From positions 3,239,416 through 3,303,415 of the forward strand of contig OZ316897.1 of the NCBI GenBank assembly GCA_973895155.1: a stretch of DNA of 64,000 nucleotides. Reading direction: 5' to 3'. Of the stretch, positions 38,761 to 50,700 are shown piece by piece. The notes below the pieces were generated by a model. That model saw only the letters and a list, made by a program, of their open reading frames with translations. It made no database searches and was not told where the DNA came from. The DNA is from Marsupella aquatica (Eukaryota; Plantae; Marchantiophyta). Every line of letters begins with the position of its first letter. Positions within the stretch are counted from its first letter, which is position 1. The translations under genes were made by a program, and so were the position numbers.

Positions 38761-41700
38761 AGACAGATCGCTAACTGGTCCTCCAGCTTGAGTCTTCATC
38801 GACCTGAGAATGCCTTTACTCTTGCCTTGTTGGTCAGCTGAAGCCAAGGCACCTTTCGACTTGTCAGTCTGATGATCGAGATGATCATTAACCAGCGGCT
38901 GACCGTGCTCGTGTAAGAGCTTAGAAGCTTGACTGCTTCCTATGACGGGACATCCTCCGGAGGACACCGTAGCTTGTTGATTCGCTTCATCTGGTCCTGA
39001 TGGGCGTGCTGTCGGCGCGAGATCATTGTTAAAGGATTTATGTACCAAGTCGTTCCACTGGGGTGGCAAGGGAGTGCCCGACCGCAAGTAGCCAAGGAGG
39101 TCATGCATAATCGATCTTCCCGTATCGACGGATGACGCTTGCATCGCACTGGTGCCACGAATCATCGCCAGGCTTGTAGGCCCGTGTTTGGGGTTGAAGT
39201 GAATGTCGTCAAATAACGTATCGTCGATGGACTCGTTGAAGGATAGTTCTGCAACATCGATGTATGGGTACAGCTTCTGGTCCCAGACCTTGGTTGGGTC
39301 TTCCACGCTCTCGCGCTCTTTGGGAGAGTCCGGGATAGGATGGAGCTGCAGCTGTAGAATGAACTTCACCCCCTCCGGTAACTCCAATCTCGTTTTGAAG
39401 TCATCTCTCAGGAAGCTCTTAGATCGTTTTGTCATCGTTTGAAGCTGGGTACATTCCACTAATGGGAGGCAATTCTCCTTCCGTGGGCTTCACAGCACCT
39501 GCATCCTCCCCAAAAGCAGTGTCGCTCGGGCGAATCTTGAACTTGACATACATCTTATCTGGTGTGGCTGAATTGGACGACGATGCGCTTGGCAGGGCCT
39601 GGAAGTGGCGAGCAGTGCAGCAGAAGTAATGCATTTCCGCATAGGAGTTTGGTTTCCTCAAATTTCCCCACTGACTGTGCCCCAAGGCCGGAAATTGCTT
39701 GATCCGCTCATCTCTCTCGGCTTCGGTCATGATGTAGTACCCCAGGAATTCGACCATGTTGCGCGCATGGAATATGGACCCCGTCTTCATGAAGAGGTCG
39801 AGGAGTGGCTTGTTAAGATCGTCCGGGGAGTCGGGTTGCAGAAGTCGTAGTGTTCCTCCTCTGACCTCCGTAGCCCTGTAGTCAAGGAAGAACATAATCA
39901 TCATGTCAATCTTTGTCACCAAAATGGTGCACGAGCAAAGGGAACGATTTCAGGTTTTAGCCACGAAAATAATTGCCGATTGTTTGGTGAGTACCTGTCA
40001 TCGTCCTTGGAGACACCGTTACTACAACGAAGGATAATGGGGTACTCCGCTCCGGGAGTGAGAATGTCATGCTTTGGAAATCCACTGGGAAGTTTGTCCA
40101 GCACACGCATAGTTCCTTTCCCAGCTGATCCGAGAAAATGGATGTAGCGCGCGTGGCCAGGTGGGGTCTTCTTCACGAACTCAGCAGCTACACTGGCAAT
40201 CATTTGCCGGAAACGTGGATCCAAATCTTTTGCTATAGTCACAAGTGGATGATCCTCGTCTTCCTCGCTCAGTTCATGTTGATCAATCTGCTCCCAAGAA
40301 ACAAGAAATCGGCTTAAGATTAGAAACTGGTTGGTTAGACACGTACCGGAGTATGCATTAATCCTATGCAATTCAAGATATAGAAAAGTCATCCAGATTT
40401 CGAGTATGATTTGTTAGCACTTGGGTTGAATGGGCTCATGCATTTATCCCTGTCAGACCAACGCGCGCAGTGGTTTGGCAATGATGCCTTATTACCTGAA
40501 TCATGGCTGGCAATAACTTAATCAACAAGTAAACTGGAGGCTCACCTTTAATCCGACGTGTTTTGAATTTTGTCCCTGGGCACCGGCAGATGAAGGCTGC
40601 TGCTGGAAAATCTTCTTCGGGGTCTTCACACCCACATACACTCCACCCTCCTCCAGAATCGCGCCAGTTGGGGCCACCGACATGGCTCCCAAGACTGCTC
40701 GGTGCTGTAGAGTGGCTCCAGGCATGACAACGCTTTGGGCCCCCACAACAGAGCGCGCGCCAATCCTCACAGCTCCTAGAGAAACTACGCCACCTGGACA
40801 TTTTTGGTACCACGGCTTCTTCAGGAGATTTATCAAAATGATGGAGATTGGAGCACAGGCAGTGTCAGAAAGCTCCTAGGCATCAGATTTGGATCTACAT
40901 CAATTGTCCGTTAAATCCAGGAAGAAGCCTTGTTTATTTGAATTACAGGAAGATCATCACCACCGGCTGAACAACTGAAATGTAGAACAAACCTGGCAAA
41001 TATTGCGAAGTGATGATCTTGGAAAAGTCTCCCATATGGCACTCTTCTCCGAGATCGAGAAGGTCAGGGTCGACAAGAGCATTCAATCTACGAATGGAGG
41101 CCATTCGACCCACGTTGGCACCCAGGCTGCGCAAGTACACGCACAGAACTTCTGTGCCCATAAGTAGCACCATGAACTTCTCGTGTGCCGATCTCAACAA
41201 AGAATGGACCAACCATAAGCGATATTGGCAACCTTCGCTGTGACTACTGCTCGCAAGCATGGATCCTTCTTGTAACCTGCGTCGATTGATATAAATCAAG
41301 TTAGTCATTCCGATAATCATTCGGATAATTGTTACCTACGCAAAGTTCCACACGATTATGGATGTTGACGCACCAGACTAAAGTTTTCATCCACTACAGA
41401 CTGTTGAAATGTCGTCAAATGAAGGAAACGCCACCAACTCAACAGCCCTTCAAGTTTGAACTCTCTTCAAGTAATAGGCTCTCAAAGGTTCAGTGCTTCC
41501 TTCTGGATAGTTCATTAATCAGCTGGAGATACATGTTTTGGTAACCCTGGTTGTGTCCTGCTGTAACTCCGAGTTTCAAATGGCTTAGTAGCTCTCGTCG
41601 CACTGATTCCAGTGTCTTGAAATCTGGGCGGAATGGAAAATCAAGGAGTAGTTCGTGTAATGAAGTAGTTTTTGAGAATAAGATTTGCAAGCTTAATTAA

Positions 41701-44700
41701 GGATACTGATGTGCCCTATGTTTATCTGATAAATTTCGCGAAGTGTAGCTCTCGAAGATGGTCACGCTGTATCTCTTGATTGTTAAGTTTGTTTGTCAGG
41801 CTAGAAGATAGTGCTAACCTATCCCTTGGGATTGGTCTCTGCAATGGATAAGGCTTTTGAGTATTTTATTTTAGCATAGTTTCTTTTCTTTGTAAATTTT
41901 TGATGGGTCTATGTATTCATACCACCACTCCTGTTCTTTGGTTTTGGTTGGCCCTCTATGGACCTCTTTCACCTTTGGTTCTTAAAGTTTAGTTTCGCCC
42001 TCTCCTGTCTTCTTGTTTAAACCTTTGTTATTTCTCTTCAATTTATAGGATACTTAAAACTCAATTTGTATTACCTGCCAATGAGTGACCACTTGAGGAC
42101 ACCAGTTAAAACTGCAAGACTAGCTCCATATACCGCATACGCAACTCCAGAAATGGAAAGAAACACCATCACGTTCCTTTCCCGAGCAACATGCAGCAGG
42201 AGGTTTACAAGCAGGGCTGGATCCGGATACATCATGAGTGGAGCCAAGATCATCAGATACTTTGGGAAAGTTAATAAGAGAGGGAACACGACATATCCCA
42301 AATGTGCTGATTTCATTACTGCTTTCCTCAACGAAATGTCAGTCACTACTTCCGCTTGGGCTGCGAGCCATTGGAAAGTCGTGTATGCCACCAGAGCTGA
42401 GATGGTCGAGACCAGCCCAACCAGATAAATCCCACTCAGCTGCGCAATAAGCATTGTAAGAGCAGGCGACGTATAGTGCTTCACCTGCAATCCAACAGTG
42501 AACACCCCCTCTGTTCAATAAGAATTGAGCCAATATCATTTCAATCATTTAAACTGTAACATCCTGGCTTGTAAATTGTTAATTGACTGATCGGTTACTT
42601 TCTTTCTTCGCGGCAACTAACAAGTTCAACAATATATGTCAAAACTCTTTGTATGATAAACAAGAAATCCAATGCAGGAGAATTATTGTAATTTGGAATT
42701 TTGTTTGGATACCTGTTCCCCTTGTCCTGGGCTTGCGAACAGACGTTCCCCGACATCAGTTTTACCCAAGGCACTGATTCTGGAACCAGCATCCAAGATA
42801 CTACCTCTTTGGACAACAGCATGGGGGCCCACCACGCACCCTCTACCAATTCTTATACTTTGGAAGGTAACCAACCCTGAATTCACCTCGTGGCTTTGGA
42901 TGGTGGCCCCTTCGCCTATCACGGCTCCACTGCCCACCGATAGCAAAGCTGGGTCGGTTATATCGACAGAATCCAGGACCACAGATTCATCGATTTCGGC
43001 TCCAAGAGAGCGATACCAGTATGACAGAAACACTGTGCCTCTCAAATATACAGCAAGGCTATTGGAGGCGAAGTCCTGGAGCCGGTAGAGAGTCCACCAT
43101 CTCACGTAGCTCAAGGACCAGAGTGGGATCGCAGAGGGTTGGGACTTGTGGTTCATAGGAAGCAGCACTCTTGCCCCAAACGACGAGATTACGAATCCTA
43201 CAGCGCCAATGTAGAGAATCCACGCAAGAGGCACCAGAATCGCGGAGAGGAGAACAATGCTTGGGAGATTGTTCTTCAGCTGGTCATTCGGAGCTATCAC
43301 CTCGATGAGCTTTTCATAGATGTAAACGGCTGGGGCTATAAGTAAAGCTCCCATATAGAGTATACCCAAAATCTGCACGTTGAGATGAACGGTTGAATTG
43401 GTCATCTACCCGGAATTTATTTGACTTTTGATACAAATCATTCTCGAGAACAAGGTTAGTAGCAAATGTGATTAGGTACCTTACAGAATTCACTATCAAA
43501 CTGTTGCAATTTTTTGGAAATACATCCTCGGTAGAAAGTCGTTCTTTGTATTTTGATTGTGATGCGAAGATCATGCATGCAAAGGCTGGTTTACCTGTAG
43601 CGCTGTGATTGCTATCTTCCTCTTTCGCGACGGGTCCAGTGCATCTGCTAGCTGCGCCTCGGATATTTCTTCAACTTCCTCTTCATACTCCACTCTATAA
43701 GTACTGGTCAACGGCTGTTCGATTCCACTCAAACCTTGTTTGCTTGTACTCGTCACGAGACGTCTTGCCGTAGCAGGGTTGGAAGATCGCAAACTACCGG
43801 CACTAGCTGATTCTTCCTTCCCATCCACTCTCGAATCTAGTTTTTTCACAACGTCCTCACAGAAGTCTGCCAGTTCTGGGATACATCCCGTGGTATAGAT
43901 CTGAATCGCAGAAATATGAGTTCCCAAAAACTCTGACAGCTTCGAAGCTGCAGCCACAGTCCCTTGTGAATCAATGCTGTAGTTTTCAAAACTCTCAGTT
44001 ATGTTGATTCGGGATCCGGATAGGCCTGTCATCTCCGCCACTAACTGGATCAAAAAACTTGTGATCTGTTCCTTGGTCTTTGTGCGGGTGCTTGCAACCG
44101 CCTGCAGACGTTGTCCGTTTGTTAGATAAAAATGAGAGAAGTACTAGAGTCTGAGTACTTATCGCGGCATTTCCTATCGTTGTCAATCAACAACATAAAC
44201 TTTGTCAAAGCCATATCTAGATAATTATATACAACGTTCACGTCAGAATGTTTGTACTCAAAGGGCTCTAGTGGCGAAGCTAAGCAACATGTACACTTCT
44301 CGATCTTCGGATCGTCCGGAACACTATTCTCGAGAAAACCAGGATCATCCCTTTACCTGGCTTGGAGAGTGATATGAGCTTCCAGGGGTAATTTGAGTGC
44401 GCCGACGACGAAGACTAGAGTGGGCGCGTATTATAGAGAGATTGGCTGAACCCTTCACCGAAGAGAGAGTCCCTTCGGAAAATCTCTTCAAGCACTCAAG
44501 CCTTCGAATCTTCCCACTGGTTGTCTTAGGAATAGTGCGCGGTTTGATGAGATTAACGAACGCGACTTGAAGTCCGTGTTGCTCAGAAACAACAGCTTTG
44601 ACGTGCGATACAAGGTCGTCAACGGCAAGTTTACGCATCTTCTTTTCGTCTCTCACTTCTACTACGACGACAATCCCGTCTTTCTCGGACGTTATGACCC

Positions 44701-47700
44701 CTTTAGATTGCAAGACTCTCGCTGGCGCGCTGAATGCTGCACAGCAACCTGAGCAGGCGAGCACACGTCAGAGGGATCTAGCCATGGACTTGAACTGCAA
44801 ACTCGAGAATCACACTTAAGATTTGATCTCTGCAAAGCTGCAGTTGCAATTCACATTCCTGTACGTAGACAACGGTGAGAAGACCGAACATGTCATACTG
44901 CTCCTATTTCATACGGAAGAGGAAAAGTTTCACGCACCCGGTTTGACGGAATTGGAGCAGTTCTCCACAGTTTTCTCAAAATCGGAAGGATAATAATTCC
45001 TGCCATTGACTATAATGAGGTCCTTGATCCGCCCAGTGACGAACAAGTTTCCCTCGATCACCCGTCCCAGGTCTCCAGATCTTACGAACAAGATGTCTGC
45101 ATCTTCACTCGAGCAACCATTCAGCTGCGCGCGGAACGTCTCCTTCGTCGCTTCTGGCATGTCCCAATAGCCCACGCCATTGCTGGGGCTACTAAGCCAT
45201 ATTTCCCCTTCCACTCCATCACCCACCTCCTCCAGAGTATCGGGGTTTACAATTCTCACGTCAGAGGCTGAGTCTTGCCAGTCTTCTGCCAGTTTCCTGC
45301 ACATTTCGGAGGAAAGGAGAATCGAAGATCATTACTGCCTGAGATACATTCCTGACCATTGTATGAATTTGTAGAGCTTCCTCCGTGCCAATTTGTTGAC
45401 ATCATTCTACTGTCTAGCAATCACTTTATATAGCTGATACAGCTGTTCAACCAATGGATGGATTGCTCATAACTTCTATAAACTATCGAAAACGCATATT
45501 TGTCGTGTTGTGTGTTCGGTAGACCTTTACGTACGATTCTTATATCAACAAAAAGCTGAGAACAAGACTGTTCTAAGAATAAAGACTTATTGATCTAGCT
45601 TGGTGACTATAAATTTTGGTTCGAGTATCCTGTTCCACATTCCTTTCGATGATTGATCAGCCATAAATCGTCTCTTCAAAAAATAAACATGCATTTCATA
45701 TTCTTATGGCTTTCGTTCTTGGACTATTTTTCACTAAAACAATGTCCTGTATTGAAAAGGAGAACAAGAAAGAGTTCCGTAGTCTCGGACAAGAATGAAC
45801 AGTATCTATTACGGGTAACAGTCAAGTTTCTGGCCACAGAAAGGACATCGGAACTAGAAGTATATAAGGAGCATAGTTTCATCGGATGGGTTGGATGCAT
45901 GGTTTCTGTGACGCACGCAGAGTGAGGATTCGTGCCAGCACGAACGCCCTTCGTCCCTCGGGATTTGTCCGTGTATCCACAACCCACTCTTCCGTCAGAA
46001 TCCATCAACATAGGCCTGTTCCGTCCGAACGCACAGCAGATGAAGACACAGTTCTCCGCCATCCCAAATCCCGGGGCGAAGATTTCCTCCCTCACTCCTG
46101 CGTCCCAGAAGGTCTCTACGAACCCTCGCATTGTTTTCGAGCAAATGGGTTCCGCGCCCACCATCAGGAAGCGCAACGACGAGAGATCTAGAGGCTTCGC
46201 ACGGCCGCTCGCCTTGAGCATCTCGTAGCGTTTAAGCACTAGCTCAAATCCAAAATTAGGTGCCGCTGTGTGTGTCGCCTTGTACTTTTCCACCTGCACA
46301 TGTCATCATAACACATTAATCAACATTGACAACCTCTGGTGAAAATCATTGTACTTTCACACTGAACTATCATTGCACTTTCAATCTGATGATGAAGTTA
46401 GACAATCAATTGAATCAAGTGCTACAAATCATTAGCGCTCACATCGAATGACTCACTATTTCGAGCCACATCATGGGCTTGCGAATGAAAGTGATGGGAG
46501 AGTATATAATGAGGGAACCGCCTGTCACCAAGCTGACGAGCAGGCCGCCGATGAGCCCCATGTCGTGATACTGAGGAAGCCAAGACACCACCACCGCGCG
46601 TGATGTGCTCTTGTAGGCTGCGCGCATGGACTTGGTATTGTGGACTAGAGCTCCGTGGGTTATCATCACTCCCTTGGCGTGTCCGGTGGATCCAGATGTG
46701 AACTGCAGGAAGCACACGTCGTTTAAATCCGGCTGAGGAGCTCCGGATGCACCATATGCGTAGCTATTGACTTCGCTCGTGCTCCCACTCGTGCTTCTCC
46801 GATTCAATTTCAGGACCACTGTATCGTCATCATCAGCCGTTTCCTCTTCTGAACTATTTCCTTGCTCTGCAGATAGACGAACATCGTATGTCACGTTCTC
46901 GTCGCAAGTTGAAGAAGGTAAGTATGCTATTTGGTGTCATGGATTTCTTTGAAGTTTTTCTAGCCAAAAGTTTAGCTAACAAAAATAATTTATCTGTCCA
47001 ACGTGACTTGAAGAGAGCCCTTTATGAGTAACTCACCAGATGGACTTCCACTCCTGGTTTGCAGATCGCGCGGGGCTGTTGGCTGACTGCCAGCCCATAC
47101 AGTATACATGTTTAGTCCCAAGGATGCCGCGGCCAGTTTAGTCGCCGCCTTCTGGACTAGTGAGGTCCATGGGAGGGAAGCCGCGCGTGGGGTTGAAATC
47201 CGAGAACGGGAGTCATTTAAGCAATTGCTATAAATCCATGGCAAATCCGGCCATTTCAGCTTTGCAGACCTCGAAAATGAGACGGAGTTTGCGGCCCGAA
47301 CCACAGAATGATATGCGCGTGTGCTTATGATGGCTCTAGACTTGGTGATCTTCGCCACATTTATAAGTTTCTCTAGAGCCTGATCCCCTCCTTTTTTGGT
47401 CGGATCCGGTGGAATCAATGGCACGGCTAGAATCTGCACAATTCAGACAGAGCTAAAGCTAAGTCAACGTACTAGCTAGAGAGTCACTAAACGGTGCGTG
47501 GTAGAAAATCTACTGCTAAGCTTTTGAAAAATCAATGTGCATCTGATATCGATAAAAAAACTCGAGGATTTTCCAATATGAAGTATGCATATCAATTTGA
47601 TGAAGTGGAATGAAGATGTTCAGACGTACACGGGCTCTTAAGCAGGCAAGAAAAGCTTCGATGAATTCAAGTCCAGGTGGGTGCAACAGCACTACACGGT

Positions 47701-50700
47701 CACCAGGTCGCAGAGCAGGTTTCTTGCTTGTCAGCAGATGATGAGCTATGATAGAGGTTCGCGTTTCCAGCTGCGAAAATGTCAGTTTGTAGGACTCTTT
47801 CCCCTCGTTGTCCAGCCATGTGTACACCAATCGGTCCTTGGTTACTGGGTGGTTCGCGTAATAGGAGAGGTACGCGTCCACTGTGGGCAAATCTGGGAAC
47901 TCCACGCCTGGCAACTCAGTGAGATCATTCGGCTGGTAGTTTAAAATCTCTTCTGCTCCGTTCGACAGAAGATACTCCACCAGCCTCTGCATATGGTATA
48001 AAGAAATTTGTTAGACCTTCTACTCAATCCATTCGTGTTCAGAACCCGAACAAAGTTGAAGCATCATGTATAACACCTCTTCCACGAACGTTGCTTAAAC
48101 AACCTTCGGTGACATTGCTGTAAAAGTGATTGCGAATGATATGTGAGACTTGAAAGATTCATTCAATGGCATACTTTAACAACGATGGGTTCGGTGATGG
48201 AGCCAAAACACTTTTTCATCAGTCCCGTCGAATAGGTAGTGTTCCGCTCCGTCAATTCAAATGCCATCAATGCCCCCGTGAAGTAGGTGTTGTTCTTTCC
48301 TTGCAACTCTTCTAGCTTGTCATAGAAACCCGCTTTCATATCTGCAAGATCTCCGAGCGATGTCGACTGTGTTAGATTTTCGGGTCCTTCGAATTACAGA
48401 TGTCCTTTTGTATCCAACGTCGACATTAAAAATTTGCCGCATGCATCGTCGATATTTTAGGGAAGGAAGTGAAGTTTCGAAATCAAAAACTCTGAGCAAT
48501 ATGGTAATGTCTGTGCAACGTACAAACGAGCTGTCCACATGCCATCCTTGGATCCTTACAACAATCACGTCATGCAACTGAACGTCTGAACAAATCCAAA
48601 TTATCCGTAACGCACGGGGTATGATTCTTGGTTAGTGTCGTGAATAAAACCCACGACTGGCTTGACACTTTCTGCTCACGCGTTTAATTCGCAAGACACC
48701 ACGGCCGGAGTATTCCCTTCATTATGCTACAGTCCCAATGCAAGTTGATATACAATAACTGCGTATCGACCAACACTCCAATCAATATTTCCATCGAAAC
48801 CTCAGCAAGAACAAGCGGACGCTTTGGAGTTTACGTAAGAGGAAATAGATTACCGTTCGAATAGCGTAGACTTCGTTCGGTCTACTCAATCCATTCGGTA
48901 AAGTAAACTAAAAAGCAGATATGTAGCCGAAATTCATTCAAGAGGTTAAATTATAGATTATTGGAGGGATTCGTACGTAGCTTTTCCTCTAGGAACCCAA
49001 ATCACCAAACCAACCCGTGGCGAGTCAGCAACGAATCTGGTGGGTGAGAGGGATGTGGTAGCTGGGCTATAGGATTCATAACTCTACGGCGCGCCTGCTA
49101 GCAAACGCCCCCAAACAGATCATCACTCTTCATTAACGTCAAGCAGATGGATTCTGTCCATCGATCCCACAGCTTCATTAACGTCAAGCAGATCTGTCCA
49201 TGGATCCCACAGCAAGGACGACAATATACACAGAAGAAACATTGACTAAAATCTGCGGGTAGGTACGCACCTGGACTGCGAATGTGAGGGAAATAACGCC
49301 ACTTCCGCTGCAGAATCAAGGTCTCGACGCGCCCGCCCATCTTCTCTACATCTTCATAGAGAAGTTCGGTCACTCGCCGCTGATGCACTTCGGCGGTTCC
49401 GAAAGACCAGAACAGGAATATGTCCGTGTTGGCGTAGAAGCGTTGCATCGCCACAAAGCGCCCCATACTGGCTGGATCGTCCGCGTGCTCGGGGTAGTAG
49501 AACACGGCGGGGATGTCAAGCCCGCTGATCCTAAGTACAGTTGTGTAGTAGTCGATCGTTTCGACCCTTGAGAAGAGCTCTAGCTCCTCTTTCGAATAAT
49601 CGAGTATGCCACTCAGATTCTGAATCTCTGCATACATATACACCAAAGCTGGTGTGAAAAACGAATTCATATACTGTTACCAATATCCAGACTGGATACC
49701 AGCTAACCTGGCCACTGTAGCTGGTAATCAGGCTACATATAATTTGCAAGATGAAAGAGAGATTTGTTGGCTTGCATAAATCATGACGAATTACAAAAAG
49801 ATCATGAGTTGGGAATTGGAACGACCGCGTTGCAAAAACAATGTACTCTACAGTTAAGAGCTGTGCACGTACAATCCAGTCTGCCCAAAATCCAAATCCA
49901 GTCTAGCTAGAAGTTCGCAAACGTGAATTTGTATTTTACGAGTATGGGATATACAGAGAGATTCGTAGATACCAGGCTTCGAAGCGTCGGAAGATCGGTA
50001 AATTCGGTTCCCTTTAGGAATGGAAACACTACCAGACATTATAAGCTTGTCAAACTCAAGCGTCAGATTCTTCTGCAGCTCGGCTGCATTATCTGGGGAC
50101 GTGTTCGTTGAGGTGGAATCGATCACAGAAATTTGGACCACGTTTCCAGTTCTTTGAATGCCTTGGACCTGCACATTGCAACGCACATCTGGCAGCAAAT
50201 TGGCCACCTTCTCCCAGAAACTGCTGTATCCGCCCTTGACCCTCCATGCCTGACCCAAAGAAGAGCGCACAAACTCATGTATGTAAGCGTAAGGCATATC
50301 TTGCGGGTAGCCATAGCCTGATGCTGTAAACAACGCCGCCACAGCTCTAGGAACTCCCTTTCCAGAGCCGTGAGACTTCAAATACTCTGGGGCAAGCTCA
50401 TGGGCTAAACTGCTGACGGCATGTACTCCGAGTTTCCCTGATCCGTTGGCCTGGGCCTGAGTGTCAGTACACAGCAATGACAAGGCTAATCAATATAATG
50501 CATGAACAAAAACGTACTTTCTTTCTGAGATTATTAGTTGATTACAGGGTCCTTCAAACAAGATGTACTCCCGGAAGGCGTACAAGGCGTACGGCCCCAT
50601 GTTGCTTGATACATCAAATTCGAGACTGAAAATTATTTTCAGTATCGAAACCAAGGCGGATATGCATACAGATTCAAAGTAAGAAAGTCTGGACCATTGA

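Noticed and set aside
38290-38841. 183-aa plus-strand ORF and other antisense ORFs over the megasynthase exons
   Set aside because: These are shadow ORFs of the coding strand with no independent motifs.
39103-39105. C-to-U editing restoring Tyr (CAU to UAU) at the heme ligand
   Set aside because: Plant C-to-U editing is organellar, and this is a nuclear spliced gene.
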